Origin: Macrostomum lignano | Lineage: Eukaryota | Reading direction: 5' to 3' | Assembly (NCBI GenBank): GCA_002269645.1 | Contig: NIVC01000606.1 | Location: 124,001 to 188,000, forward strand | DNA length: 64,000 nt | Program-made: the position numbers and the translations under genes | Notes under the pieces: generated by a model | Database searches by the model: none | Told to the model about the DNA's origin: nothing | Seen by the model: the letters and a program-made list of their open reading frames with translations, nothing else | Shown here: positions 1 through 12,910 of the stretch, piece after piece | Position numbering within the stretch: position 1 is the first letter of the stretch | How the letters are laid out: each line of letters starts with the position of its first letter

Positions 1-208
1 ACGAAAAGCTTTTTTAAGAATATCGATAAGAGCAATAAGAAAGGCGCAAAATATCAAAAGATGAACACTGGATCTGCCTCCCATCAAAAGCAATAGCAAT
101 TTTTGTGCTGAAAAAATTAGAACCTCCTATCTCTGTAGTGTATTTTTCGACATTTACCAGATTTCGAGTGTAGCGTCCTATATATATGTTACTTGAGTAG
201 TCCTTGCA

Positions 209-470
209 CGGGAGGGGGAGAGGGAGACACAGAAGGGGGGAGGGGGACACAGGAGGGGGAGAGGTGGACACGGGAGGGGGACAGTCGGTACGGGAGGGGG
301 AGAGAGGGGGACACGGGAGGGTGAAAGGGGGGCTAAGAGCCGGAGAGGGGGACACGAGAGGGTGGGATGGAGGGAGACAGTCGGTAAGGTAAGGGAAGAC
401 ATGAGAGCGAGAGGGGGAGAAGGAGATACAGTAAAGTGAGATTGTGAGAAGGGAGAGTCTGGGAGACACA
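209..470. repeat. GA-rich low-complexity tract
   Basis: Degenerate GGGAGGGGGAGAG/GGGACAC units; ORFs 14..469, 178..486 and 204..392 are low-complexity read-throughs. Confidence 0.8.
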
Positions 471-1547
471 GTAGGGTGATGGTCAAGGAGGGAAACGTGG
501 CTTATATGGATTATACAAACTAATCATAAGATTTTTGACAAAGAACAATAAATTGCTCGTAATCATCAGTGTCAACTATTTCACATTTTAACACAGGAAC
601 TTTAGTTGCAACTCTTCCATTCAGAGGCAAAACAATACAATACACATCCTAATCCCATTGTTTTGACTTTCGATAAAGTGAGCAAAGTTAATTCACAATG
701 TAAAAAATTAACAATAAGAACAACAATAGAATGAGAAAGACAAAGCTCATTGTACTCACCGTAGGTTCCAATAAGTCACGTGGGTTCGTTGATGAGGCTG
801 AGAAGCAGCAGTGCTACCGTCAGTGCGCGAACGCAGCTCATTCTTCTGGGCTCAAACTTCCCCAATGCGCTTTCAAAAAGCCAGCTGAGACTGCATTATC
901 AAATGCATCTCAATTTTCGTTTAGTATTAACAGGAAGAATCTGGATTTGAACAAAGACTAAGGTTGGTCTGGAGCTTGCTTTGTTAACGAAATTCTCCGT
1001 TTTCCTGGTCTGTCTGAGCCACTTTATACCCACTAAAGGTTATATTATAGGTTCTACCAATGCCATAGTAGTTTTCCTTCCCCTGGCCGGGCCTTCTCTC
1101 GTTGGTTGATGCATCGCGCAGTATAACTAATGTAAGCATCGTCCAATGCCCAATGCAGACTGAGGCCCACCTCACACTGCGCATGAATCACCCTGAACAT
1201 TCTGAACCTGAATGTACAGCTAAACTGATGATGAACGCCCCATATGTCCCCCCCTATGCTGGGGAAAATTGTGGAGGGAACTGGCAGAACCGAGGGGAAG
1301 ACTTACAGATAAAACAGCATAGTGCGGGGGTCATACCCATACCGGGGGCGAATGAGGACAAGCCTTCAGTCTGGCTTTTTTCCTGAATGACTAAGCAAGC
1401 GGGTTCTAGAAATAAAGAACAAGGCAATGTAAAGGGTCTTAGATCCCACAGTTCTAATTTGGGGAACGTTAAAATTAGGGTTAGGGTTAAAAGCCTTCGG
1501 GACTTTTAAAAGCAATTTCTTAGCAATCCTACCCGCTAGAAGTTTGT

Positions 1548-1843
1548 CTCTTTTTCAGCTCTCTTCTCTCTCATCTCCTCTCTCTTCTCTCTTTTCTCTT
1601 CTCTCTCCTTTCTTCTCCTCTCTCTTCTCTCTTTTCTCTTCTCTCTCCTCATCTCTTCTCTCCTCTCTTCTCTCCTCTCTTCTCTACTCTCTTCTCTCTT
1701 CTCTTCTCTTCTCTCCGCTCTCCGCTCTTCTCTCATCTCTCTTCTCTTCTCTTCTCTCCTCTCTCCGCTCTTCTCTCATCTCTCTTCTCTTCTATCCTCT
1801 ATTCTCTCCGCTCTTCTCTCTTCTCCCCTCTTTTCTCTTCTCT
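1548..1843. repeat. CT-rich (CTCTT/CTCTC)n low-complexity tract
   Basis: Near-pure pyrimidine tract. It is preceded by a ~60-bp motif (ccttcgggac...tagcaatcctacccgctagaagtttgtctct) that resembles the motif preceding the CT tract at ~63715-63782. Confidence 0.85.
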
Positions 1844-2502
1844 GAGACACTAGGACACTAGGAGGTTAAAGAAGTCCACAATCCAGCAAGAACTTAAAGT
1901 AAACTATAAGGCAGATGTTTAAGCGTCAATATGAGTCACTAGGGAACTGGAATTCTAAACCGGAACTGAAACACGCATGCTGTTCTTACTGTGGAATTTT
2001 CTTAAGCTGGTTTTGCTTTGATATGGCAAACTGGAAACCAAATTAAGCCAACAGAATCGAGTGCAAACTTTCCACTGCAATTCGCCCCCCGCTTATCTGT
2101 ATGGTAAGAGACCCTTGAAAAAAGAAAATTTCTTCCCTTTGGCTGCGTGACCCTTGCCGTGCTCAAAATCTAATTATAAAACTCTTGAGAAGGCAATTTG
2201 CACCTGCTTCTAACGGTCTTCTTGTTCGCGTGGGTGTGACTCTCAGTTTCTAAGTTCCTACTGGTGGTGACCTCAATTGACCTCTGCATAGTTAACTAGG
2301 GTGAAGGTGCACGTGCACGAGCTACACGGCTATTTGAGTTTAACATTTGATTAACTTCGGTAATTTTTCTTAGCGAGGTCAGTTTAGGAATCTGGCGCTT
2401 ACCGCAGCGCTCCGTTTTTGAACGAAATTCAACTTAGAATCAAATTTCACAAACCAAAAACTTCAGACAGGGTGTTGCCAGAGTTTTTTAAAGTATTAAA
2501 AA

Positions 2503-5500
2503 TTTAGGGTTTGTGAAGGTTAGGGTTTGTGAAGGTTAGGGTTTGTGAAGGTTAGGGTTTGTGAAGGTTAGGGTTTGTGAAGGTTAGGGTTTGTAAAGGT
2601 TAGGGTTTGTGAAGGTTAGGGTTTGTGAAGGTTAGGGTTTGTGAATTTTAGGGTTTGTGAAGGTTAGGGTTTGTGAAGGTTAGGGTTTGTGAAGGTTAGG
2701 GTTTGTGAAGGTTAGGGTTTGTAAAGGTTAGGGTTTGTGAAGGTTAGGGTTTGTGAAGGTTAGGGTTTGTGAATTTTAGGGTTTGTGAAGGTTAGGGTTT
2801 GTGAAGGTTAGGGTTTGTGAAGATTGGGGTTTGTGAAGATTGGGGTTTGTGAAGATTGGGGTTTGTGAAGATTGGGGTTTGTGAAGATTGGGGTTTGTGA
2901 AGATTGGGTTTGTGAAGATTGGGGTTTGTGAAGATTGGGGTTTGTGAAGATTGGGTTTGTGAAGATTGGGGTTTGTGAAGATTGGGGTTTGTGAAGATTG
3001 GTTTGTGAAGATGGGGGTTTGTGAAGATTGGGGTTTGTGAAGATTGGGGTTTGTGAAGATTGGGGTTTGTGAAGATTGGGGTTTGTGAAGATTGGGGTTT
3101 GTGAAGATTGGGTTTGTGAAGATTGGGTTTGTGAAGATTGGGGTTTGTGAAGATTAAGGTTTGTGAAGATTGGGTTTGTGAAGATTGGGGTTTGTGAAGA
3201 TTGGGGTTTGTGAAGATTGGGGTTTGTGAAGATTGGGGTTTGTGAGGTTTATGGTTTGTGAAGATTGGGGTTTGTGAAGATTGGGGTTTGTGAAGATTGG
3301 GTTTGTGAAGATTGGGGTTTGTGAAGATTGGGGTTTGTGAAGATTGGGGTTTGTGAAGATTGGGGTTTGTGAGGTTTATGGTTTGTGAAGATTGGGGTTT
3401 GTGAAGATTGGGGTTTGTGAAGATTGGGGTTTGTGTAGATTGGGGTTTGTGAAGATTGGGGTTTGTGAAGATTGGGGTTTGTGAAGATTGGGATTTGTGA
3501 AGATTGGGGTTTGTGAAGATTAGGGTTTGTGAAGATTAGGGTTTGTGAAGATTGGGGTTTGTGAAGATTGGGGTTTGTGAAGATTGGGGTTTGTGAAGAT
3601 TGGGGTTTGTGAAGATTGGGGTTTGTGAGGTTTATGGTTTGTGAAGATTGGGGTTTGTGAAGATTGGGGTTTGTGAAGATTGGGTTTGTGAAGATTGGGG
3701 TTTGTGAAGATTAGGGTTTGTGAAGATTGGGGTTTGTGAAGATTGGGGTTTGTGAAGATTGGGGTTTGTGAAGATTGGGGTTTGTGAAGATTGGGGTTTG
3801 TGAAGATTGGGGTTTGTGAAGATTGGGGTTTGTGAAGATTGGGGTTTGTGAAGATTGGGGTTTGTGAAGATTGGGGTTTGTGAAGATTGGGGTTTGTGAA
3901 GATTGGGGTTTGTGAAGATTGGGGTTTGTGAAGATTGGGGTTTGTGAAGATTGGCGTTTGTGAAGGTTAGGATTTGTGAAGATTGGGGTTTGTGAAGATT
4001 GGGGTTTGTGAAGATTGGGGTTTGTGAAGATTGGGGTTTGTGAAGATTAGGGTTTGTGAAGATTAGGGTTTGTGAAGATTGGGGTTTGTGAAGATTGGGG
4101 TTTGTGAAGATTGGGGTTTGTGAAGATTGGGGTTTGTGAAGATTGGGGTTTGTGAGGTTTATGGTTTGTGAAGATTGGGGTTTGTGAAGATTGGGGTTTG
4201 TGAAGATTGGGGTTTGTGAAGATTGGGGTTTGTGAAGATTGGGGTTTGTGAAGATTGGGGTTTGTGAAGATTAGGGTTTGTGAAGATTGGGGTTTGTGAA
4301 GATTAGGGTTTGTGAAGATTAGGGTTTGTGAAGATTGGGGTTTGTGAAGATTGGGGTTTGTGAAGATTGGGGTTTGTGAAGATTGGGGTTTGTGAAGATT
4401 GGGGTTTGTGAGGTTTATGGTTTGTGAAGATTGGGGTTTGTGAAGATTGGGGTTTGTGAAGATTGGGTTTGTGAAGATTGGGGTTTGTGAAGATTGGGGT
4501 TTGTGAAGATTGGGGTTTGTGAAGATTGGGGTTTGTGAAGATTGGGGTTTGTGAAGATTAGGGTTTGTGAAGATTGGGGTTTGTGAAGATTGGGGTTTGT
4601 GAAGATTGGGGTTTGTGAAGATTGGGGTTTGTGAAGATTGGGGTTTGTGAAGATTGGGGTTTGTGAAGATTGGGGTTTGTGAAGATTGGGTTTGTGAAGA
4701 TTGGGGTTTGTGAAGATTGGGGTTTGTGAAGATTGGGGTTTGTGAAGATTGGGGTTTGTGAAGATTGGGGTTTGTGAAGATTGGGGTTTGTGAAGATTGG
4801 GGTTTGTGAAGATTGGGGTTTGTGAAGATTGGGGTTTGTGAAGATTGGGGTTTGTGAAGATTGGGGTTTGTGAAGATTGGGGTTTGTGAAGATTGGCGTT
4901 TGTGAAGATTGGCGTTTGTGAAGGTTAGGATTTGTGAAGATTGGGGTTTGTGAAGATTGGGGTTTGTGAAGATTGGGGTTTGTGAAGATTGGGGTTTGTG
5001 AAGATTAGGGTTTGTGAAGATTAGGGTTTGTGAAGATTGGGGTTTGTGAAGATTGGGGTTTGTGAAGATTGGGGTTTGTGAAGATTGGGGTTTGTGAAGA
5101 TTGGGGTTTGTGAAGATTGGGGTTTGTGAAGATTGGGGTTTGTGAAGATTGGGGTTTGTGAAGATTGGGGTTTGTGAAGATTGGGGTTTGTGAAGATTGG
5201 GGTTTGTGAAGATTGGGATTTGTGAAGATTGGGGTTTGTGAAGATTAGGGTTTGTGAAGATTAGGGTTTGTGAAGATTGGGGTTTGTGAAGATTGGGGTT
5301 TGTGAAGATTGGGGTTTGTGAAGATTGGGGTTTGTGAAGATTGGGGTTTGTGAAGATTGGGGTTTGTGAGGTTTATGGTTTGTGAAGATTGGGGTTTGTG
5401 AAGATTGGGGTTTGTGAAGATTGGGTTTGTGAAGATTGGGGTTTGTGAAGATTGGGGTTTGTGAAGATTGGGGTTTGTGAAGATTGGGGTTTGTGAAGAT

Positions 5501-5672
5501 TGGGGTTTGTGAAGATTGGGGTTTGTGAAGATTGGGGTTTGTGAAGATTGGGGTTTGTGAAGATTGGGGTTTGTGAAGATTGGGGTTTGTGAAGATTGGG
5601 GTTTGTGAAGATTGGCGTTTGTGAAGATTGGGGTTTGTGAAGATTGGCGTTTGTGAAGGTTAGGATTTGTGA
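2503..5672 (+). repeat. 16-bp G-rich satellite, telomere-like (GGTTAGGGTTTGTGAA / GATTGGGGTTTGTGAA)
   Basis: About 3.2 kb of 16-bp tandem units. The first ~320 bp carry TTAGGG in each unit; after ~2822 the unit switches to GATTGGGG. Rare variant units recur at fixed offsets. Confidence 0.97.
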
Positions 5673-6926
5673 TAGAGATGGCACCAAGAACTAACCTGCA
5701 TGCATAGGGCTCATGATTTGCACTGCATCTGCAGCTGGTATTAATATCTTTATTCTAAATCGAGCCACAACTTAGTTATTCGAATAGTATCTCCATGACC
5801 ATGATAACTAGATAAGAATGGTCTTATATTCGTATTCACTGCATAGGGCAATCTGTACGAGTAACCATACTAAATATATTGTTCACGAATAGCTATAGAT
5901 ACGCAGAGCTGCAGTTGGAATTCTATATGAATTTGCTATTTTTAACAACTGGTCAAGCTTACAGATAAATGTATCTTTTAGCTGTCCGTATGTACTAGGA
6001 TGCATCAGCTGTGCCCTCAGTGTGACAGGCAATTTATATCCAGCATTCATCTGTATTGATTTCCTATCAAGGTCTCCGCGCGCCCAGAAATTAAGCAGCT
6101 TTCAGTTGATCACGGGTTGCTGTTTTTGCGCAGCAGGATCACAAATTGATGCCTGTGTACAAAGTGCAGAAACCAGCGCGTGATGCAACAAGCACTAAGA
6201 GGAGAGCACCCAGTGTCTGCACCAAGTGGGACGGGAAAAACGAGAATCTAGAGGTTCTCATTTTTTATTTTTGACCTGTTACACATTTTGTTACACAGTT
6301 ATTAAAGCTACAGAATGATAAAATAGATTCATAAAACCATATGAGTTGAGCCGTACCATTTTTGTGATTTTTAGACAAGACTATTAACACCAACATCTCA
6401 TTAACAGACTATTGAAATATTGTCAACAGACCTTCTGACCTTCACACGCGCAGCAGCAGCTATCAGATACTTAGATAGTTGCATGTAATCTTGCACCAGA
6501 TCGCATTAGTCACATGGACAACCAGATGAAAGGAACCCACCGACTCGTTCAAGGACAGCTAAATGTCTGAATACTATATATAGTGCACACTTGGCCTGCA
6601 CTGCTGCTTGAACTTGTATCCAGATTACGATTTCGTCAGCTTTGCTCTCGCTTTCTTCTATAAAGAGTGTCTGGATGGCGAGCGCGTCCCAGAAGTCGTA
6701 CAAAAGTTTTTTTTATTGATTAGTCTGTCGCCGACAGACTGCAACAGTTGGATTTCTTTCTACAGAAAATAACACATTTCATAGAATTCCCACGGATTAT
6801 GAAGCACTTGGTTATCATCATGTATCGAATTATTTCTTAAAGGGCTGTGCGTATCGTTTACGTACTGATGTACTGTGTCCTAAACTCAAAAGTTATTGAT
6901 TTGTTTCCTTAAAAACCTGCTTTCTA

Positions 6927-9900
6927 GAGGTTTGGGAGTTTGGGAGGTTTGGGAGATTTGGGAGTTTGGGAGGTTTGGGAGTTTGGGAGGTTTGGGAGTT
7001 TGGGAGGTTTGGGAGTTTGGGAGGTTTGTGAGTTTGGGAGGTGTGGGAGTTTGGGAGTTTGGGAGGTTTGGGAGTTTGGGAGGTTTGGGAGTTTGGGAGG
7101 TTTGGGAGTTTGGGAGGTTTGTGAGTTTGGGAGGTGTGGGAGTTTGGGAGTTTGGGAGGTTTGGGAGGTTTGGGAGATTTGGGAGTTTGGGAGGTTTGGG
7201 AGTTTGGGAGGTTTGGGAGTTTGGGAGGTTTGGGAGTTTGGGAGGTTTGGGAGTTTGGGAGGTTTGTGAGTTTGGGAGGTGTGGGAGTTTGGGAGGTTTG
7301 GAGTTTGGGAGGTGTGGGAGTTTGGGAGGTTTGGAGTTTGGGAGGTTCGGAGTTTGGGAGGCTTGGGAGTTTGGGAGGTTAGGAGGTTGGGAGGTTTGGG
7401 AGTTTGGGAGGTTTGGGAGTTTAGGAGGTTAGGAGGTTGGGAGGTTTGGGAGGTTTGGGAGATTTGGGAGTTTGGGAGTTTGGGAGTTTGGTTAGTTTGG
7501 GAGTTTGGTTAGTTTGGGAGATTTGGGAGTTTGGGAGGTTTGGGAGTTTGGTTAGTTTGGGAGTTTGGGAGGTTTGGAAGTTTGGGAGGTGTGAGAGTTT
7601 GGGAGGTTTGGAGTTTGGGAGGTTTGGAGTTTGGGAGGTTTGGGAGTTTGGTTAGTTTGGGAGTTTGGGAGGTTTGGGAGTTTGGGAGGTGTGAGAGTTT
7701 GGGAGGTTTGGAGTTTTGGAGGTTTGGGAGTTTGGGAGGTTAGGAGGTTGGGAGGTTTGGGAGTTTGGGAGGTTTGGGAGTTTGGGAGGTTTGTGAGTTT
7801 GGGAGGTTTGGAGTTTGGGAGGTTTGGGAGGTTTGGGAGATTTGGGAGTTTGGGAGTTTGGGAGTTTAGGAGGTTTGGGAGTTTGGGAGGTTTGGGAGTT
7901 TGGGAGGTTTGTGAGTTTGGGAGGTGTGGGAGTTTGGGAGGTTTGGAGTTTGGGAGGTTTGGAGTTTGGGAGGTTTGTGAGTTTGGGAGGTGTGGGAGTT
8001 TGGGAGGTTTGGGAGTTTGGGAGGTTTGGGAGTTTGGGAGGTTTGTGAGTTTGGGAGGTGTGGGAGTTTGGGAGGTTTGGAGTTTGGGAGGTTTGGAGTT
8101 TGGGAGGTGTGGGAGTTTGGGAGGTTTGGAGTTTGGGAGGTTCGGAGTTTGGGAGGCTTTGGAGTTTGGGAGGTTAGGAGGTTGGGAGGTTTGTGAGTTT
8201 AGGAGGTTAGGAGGTTGGGAGGTTTGGGAGTTTGGTTAGTTTGGGAGTTTGGTTAGTTTGGGAGATTTGGGAGTTTGGGAGGTTTGGGAGTTTGGTTAGT
8301 TTGGGAGTTTGGGAGGTTTGGAAGTTTGGGAGGTGTGAGAGTTTGGGAGGTTTGGAGTTTGGGAGGTTTGGAGTTTGGGAGGTTTGGGAGTTTGGTTAGT
8401 TTGGGAGTTTGGGAGGTTTGGGAGTTTGGGAGGTGTGAGAGTTTGGGAGGTTTGGAGTTTTGGAGGTTTGGGAGTTTGGGAGGTTAGGAGGTTGGGAGGT
8501 TTGGGAGTTTGGGAGGTTTGGGAGTTTGGGAGGTTTGTGAGTTTGGGAGGTTTGGAGTTTGGGAGGTTTGGGAGGTTTGGGAGTTTTGGGAGTTTGGGAG
8601 GTTTGGGAGTTTGGGAGGTTTGGGAGTTTGGGAGGTTTGGGAGTTTGGGAGGTTTGTGAGTTTGGGAGGTGTGGGAGTTTGGGAGGTTTGGAGTTTGGGA
8701 GGTTTGGAGTTTGGGAGGTTTGTGAGTTTGGGAGGTGTGGGAGTTTGGGAGGTTTGGGAGTTTGGGAGGTTTGGGAGTTTGGGAGGTTTGTGAGTTTGGG
8801 AGGTGTGGGAGTTTGGGAGGTTTGGAGTTTGGGAGGTTTGGAGTTTGGGAGGTGTGGGAGTTTGGGAGGTTTGGAGTTTGGGAGGTTCGGAGTTTGGGAG
8901 GCTTGGGAGTTTGGGAGGTTAGGAGGTTGGGAGGTTTGGGAGTTTAGGAGGTTAGGAGGTTGGGAGGTTTGGGAGTTTGGTTAGTTTGGGAGTTTGGTTA
9001 GTTTGGGAGATTTGGGAGTTTGGGAGGTTTGGGAGTTTGGTTAGTTTGGGAGTTTGGGAGGTTTGGAAGTTTGGGAGGTGTGAGAGTTTGGGAGGTTTGG
9101 AGTTTGGGAGGTTTGGAGTTTGGGAGGTTTGGGAGTTTGGTTAGTTTGGGAGTTTGGGAGGTTTGGGAGTTTGGGAGGTGTGAGAGTTTGGGAGGTTTGG
9201 AGTTTGGGAGGTTTGGAGTTTGGGAGGTTAGGAGGTTGGGAGGTTTGGGAGTTTGGGAGGTTTGGGAGTTTGGGAGGTTTGTGAGTTTGGGAGGTTTGGA
9301 GTTTGGGAGGTTTGGGAGGTTTGGGAGATTTGGGAGTTTGGGAGGTTTGGGAGTTTGGGAGGTTTGGGAGTTTGGGAGGTTTGGGAGTTTGGGAGGTTTG
9401 TGAGTTTGGGAGGTTTGTGAGTTTGGGAGGTGTGGGAGTTTGGGAGGTTTGGAGTTTGGGAGGTTTGGAGTTTGGGAGGTGTGGGAGTTTGGGAGGTTTG
9501 GAGTTTGGGAGGTTCGGAGTTTGGGAGGCTTGGGAGTTTGGGAGGTTAGGAGGTTGGGAGGTTTGGGAGTTTGGGAGGTTTGGGCGTTTAGGAGGTTAGG
9601 AGGTTGGGAGGTTTGGGAGTTTGGTTAGTTTGGGAGTTTGGTTAGTTTGGGAGATTTGGGAGTTTGGGAGGTTTGGGAGTTTGGTTAGTTTGGGAGTTTG
9701 GGAGGTTTGGAAGTTTGGGAGGTGTGAGAGTTTGGGAGGTTTGGAGTTTGGGAGGTTAGGAGGTTGGGAGGTTTGGGAGTTTGGGAGGTTAGGAGGTTGG
9801 GAGGTTTGGGAGTTTGGGAGGTTAGGAGGTTGGGAGGTTTGGGAGTTTGGGAGGTTAGGAGGTTGGGAGGTTTGGGAGTTTGGGAGGTTAGGAGGTTAGG

Positions 9901-9933
9901 AGGTTGGGAGGTTTGGGAGTTTGGGAGGTTTGG
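6927..9933 (+). repeat. Complex G-rich 8-9-bp satellite (GGGAGTTT/GGGAGGTTT) with ~745-bp higher-order repeat
   Basis: Marker GGAAGTTTGGGAGGTGTGAGA at 7576, 8320, 9065 and 9709; marker TTCGGAG at 7346, 8141, 8886 and 9513. All ORFs here are repeat translations. Confidence 0.97.
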
Positions 9934-11106
9934 TATAGTTTTGGAGTTTCGAGTTCAGTCTCCTGAACTCAGCTTCTACGGGTACGAATGGCCCTTACAA
10001 AGGTTTTTGGCGTAATTATAATATTTTGGTATTGCAATCTGATATCCGTATTAGATCAGAGCTCAGTTCTGGTAAGACGACTGCCTCAAATCTTACAAAT
10101 TTTTGTTCATGTAACCCCTTGTAAAGTCCTTGTTTGAAGAATCTTGGCCCGGCGTGACTAAATATAGCCAGTTCGAACTTCAAAGGATGCTCTGCCGTTC
10201 TGTCGTTGATTTCTTATTTGCTCAAGTGTGCGCGCGAAAGAGCGATAAGCGCGATCCTGTCTGCTTGCGATAAGATTCCGTGTTCAGTTGGTTGCTGGAT
10301 CCTTCCGTTCTAAAACTGTATACGCACGAGCTACGAGTAGAAGTCATCGTCACGCAGGTATACATTCGGTAAAGAAACTGTCTTATACTCGTACATTGAA
10401 CACGCTGCCGCACGTTTAGCAACAGGGAAGCAGTGTGGAGCATTGGTAGTACAGTGGATGAAAGCGTGAGTGCACGCTGTGAGTCAGCTTCAATTCGTAC
10501 AATTCATGCTCAGACGAGTCAGCCAAGAACTGGGACTGAGGGGGCCATGCAGTGCAGCGAGATGATATGTATGAAGACAAGGAATTCTGCCTTAGATTTC
10601 GACTAAGAAACTATTTACTATAGTGAATTAGCTTCGCCAAATTTGAGTTTTTGTAAACATTTCGTTGACAAAAGATAGCGTAGACAACAATAGATGAATG
10701 CTGTCGCAGTGAACGCCCACTCTGCAGGACAGAACTACAAGCCAGACCGAATCCAGACTCCCGCGACTGATAATTAGCTACATCAATCTCTGCACCTGTC
10801 TGCATGCACTCAGCATTGTGCTTTGAAATTACATTCATTCATTCATTCAAAATTCGTCAGCTCAATAACCCAACCAAACGATGACGAAACTTGAGCTCTT
10901 CAGTACCCTCTTGTTGTTTTTGTGAACTCATTGTGTTTACGAATAGTAGGCGAGTGAATGAGCCTTGGCATGAACTATGCATGGCTTGAATTGGGCATGG
11001 AAGTGCAGTTTAGTACTGTCTCTTTTGGTAAACAGGTGTGCTAATATAGTTTATAAGCGCATAGTTTAGTGTCAATAACTCTCAGCATTATGCGCCTAGC
11101 AGCTTG

Positions 11107-11120
11107 GTCACCATGGCAAC
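11107..11120. promoter_or_regulatory. Possible RFX X-box motif
   Basis: GTCACCATGGCAAC fits the 14-bp X-box consensus. No associated gene start was identified, so it may be a chance match. Confidence 0.2.
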
Positions 11121-11857
11121 TGATAAAACAGTCAGTAGCCCTTTTCGTTAATTATTTTGTCATAACGGGATGCATTTGACAGCCTTAGTCGCAACAGGCT
11201 ATCGGTTAAAAATAACTACACAACCAGAAATGTTAAGCATATTTATAACATTTTATAGTAAATTTAACTTCTTGATTCGTTATATTTATTGATAGCAAAT
11301 CACCAAGCGTAGCAGCAAATCATAGATATGATAAATAATATATATAAATATTATGCGGAAACTGGTATTAATTAGAGTGAATAAATCTAAATGTATGCAT
11401 ATTAATATTGCCACAAAATAATTTCACATACTAATTACTAATGCCTTCTATAGCTTATGATTAGAATTATATATGATTAGAATTATAAGCAAACTGATTA
11501 AACAGCAATAAGTTTTTGCGGTGTGGAAAAAATGAAAACTGAAAGTACGCAAACTGGAACACAGATTGAAGCAAAATAAGTTATAAATAAAGAATACAGC
11601 GTTTTGGAATAAATCATGTTTTCGATACTTTGTTAAAAGATAACTTTGTAAAGCAGATTGTAGTGCAACCTGTTGTCCCTGTGTAATAACATGTAAAAAT
11701 ACTGGAAGCTTTTATCTATGCGAATCATAAAACTATTGCACTGCAGAAGTTCACCTGAATATTTATCTGACTAACATCGTTAATAACAAATAAAATAATA
11801 GCAGCAATACAAATGAATAACTATCTCTGACCATGATAGTTGAGGCTGAAGGGAGCC

Positions 11858-12440
11858 GATTAGAGGTAGATTGGAAGGCTGAAGGGAGCGGAGCAGAGGC
11901 AGATTGGAAGGCTGAAGGGAGCGGAGCAGAGGCAGATTGGAAGGCTGAAGGGAGCGGAGCAGAGGCAGATTGGAAGGCTGAAGGGAGCGGAGCAGAGGCA
12001 GATTGGAGGGCTGGAGGGAGCGGAGTAGAGGCAGATTGGAAGGCTGAAGGGAGCGGAGTAGAGGCAGATTGGAAGGCTGAAGGGAGCGGAGTAGAGGCAG
12101 ATTGGAAGGCTGAAGGGAGCGGAGCAGAGGCAGATTGGAGGGCTGGAGGGAGCGGAGTAGAGGCAGATTGGAAGGCTGAAGGGAGCGGAGCAGAGGCAGA
12201 TTGGAGGGCTGGAGGGAGCGGAGTAGAGGCAGATTGGAAGGCTGAAGGGAGCGGAGTAGAGGCAGATTGGAGGGCTGGAGGGAGCGGAGTAGAGGCAGAT
12301 TGGAAGGCTGAAGGGAGCGGAGCAGAGGCAGATTGGAAGGCTGAAGGGAGCGGAGTAGAGGCAGATTGGAAGGCTGAAGGGAGCGGAGTAGAGGCAGATT
12401 GGAAGGCTGGAGGGAGCCGATTAGAGGCAGATTGGAGGGC
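11858..12440. repeat. 33-bp minisatellite (GCAGATTGGAAGGCTGAAGGGAGCGGAGCAGAG), ~17 copies
   Basis: Direct tandem units. The length is a multiple of 3, which explains the 11-aa repeat ORFs on both strands. Confidence 0.95.
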
Positions 12441-12910
12441 TAGATTGGGCGGAGTCAGATTATTATCAAAGCGCGAGCGCACCATGCGCAATTGAATTCT
12501 AAGTGAGCCACGCCCCGTCTGAATGACCCTAGAAAGAAACGCCCCAATATAAAAATGAAGATTAAAGGTGGCTGCGCAATTGAAATTTTTTGGAACTTCA
12601 TTGTTTTAACTAGAGAAGAAACGATTGATCAAAGATTTACGAATCTGCGCACGAATAGAGAATATTAATCAATCGAGAGAGGCAGGGCACTGGGCAGAGC
12701 AAACGAGCTGAGTCCCTACCCAGCTTGAAATTTGAAGCAAAGTAACTCCAGTTGTTTTATAATACAGAGTCAAGTTATTAAGATATGCGGTGACTCAGCG
12801 ATATAAAAGATAAGATACAAAACATTGCACTGAAAAGTTCCCGATCCACTTCCTCGTTGCAGAGTGTACCGTTTAGTTAAAATTACAGTGCCTCAATTCT
12901 CACTGAACTC

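Noticed and set aside
2503-9933. CRISPR array or true chromosome end
   Set aside because: The units are contiguous with no unique spacers and no cas genes. There is no pure (TTAGGG)n run, and unique sequence flanks both arrays.
6896-10015. Numerous G/W/E/F-rich ORFs
   Set aside because: They are translations of the 8-9-bp satellite in all frames, with no splice or codon evidence.
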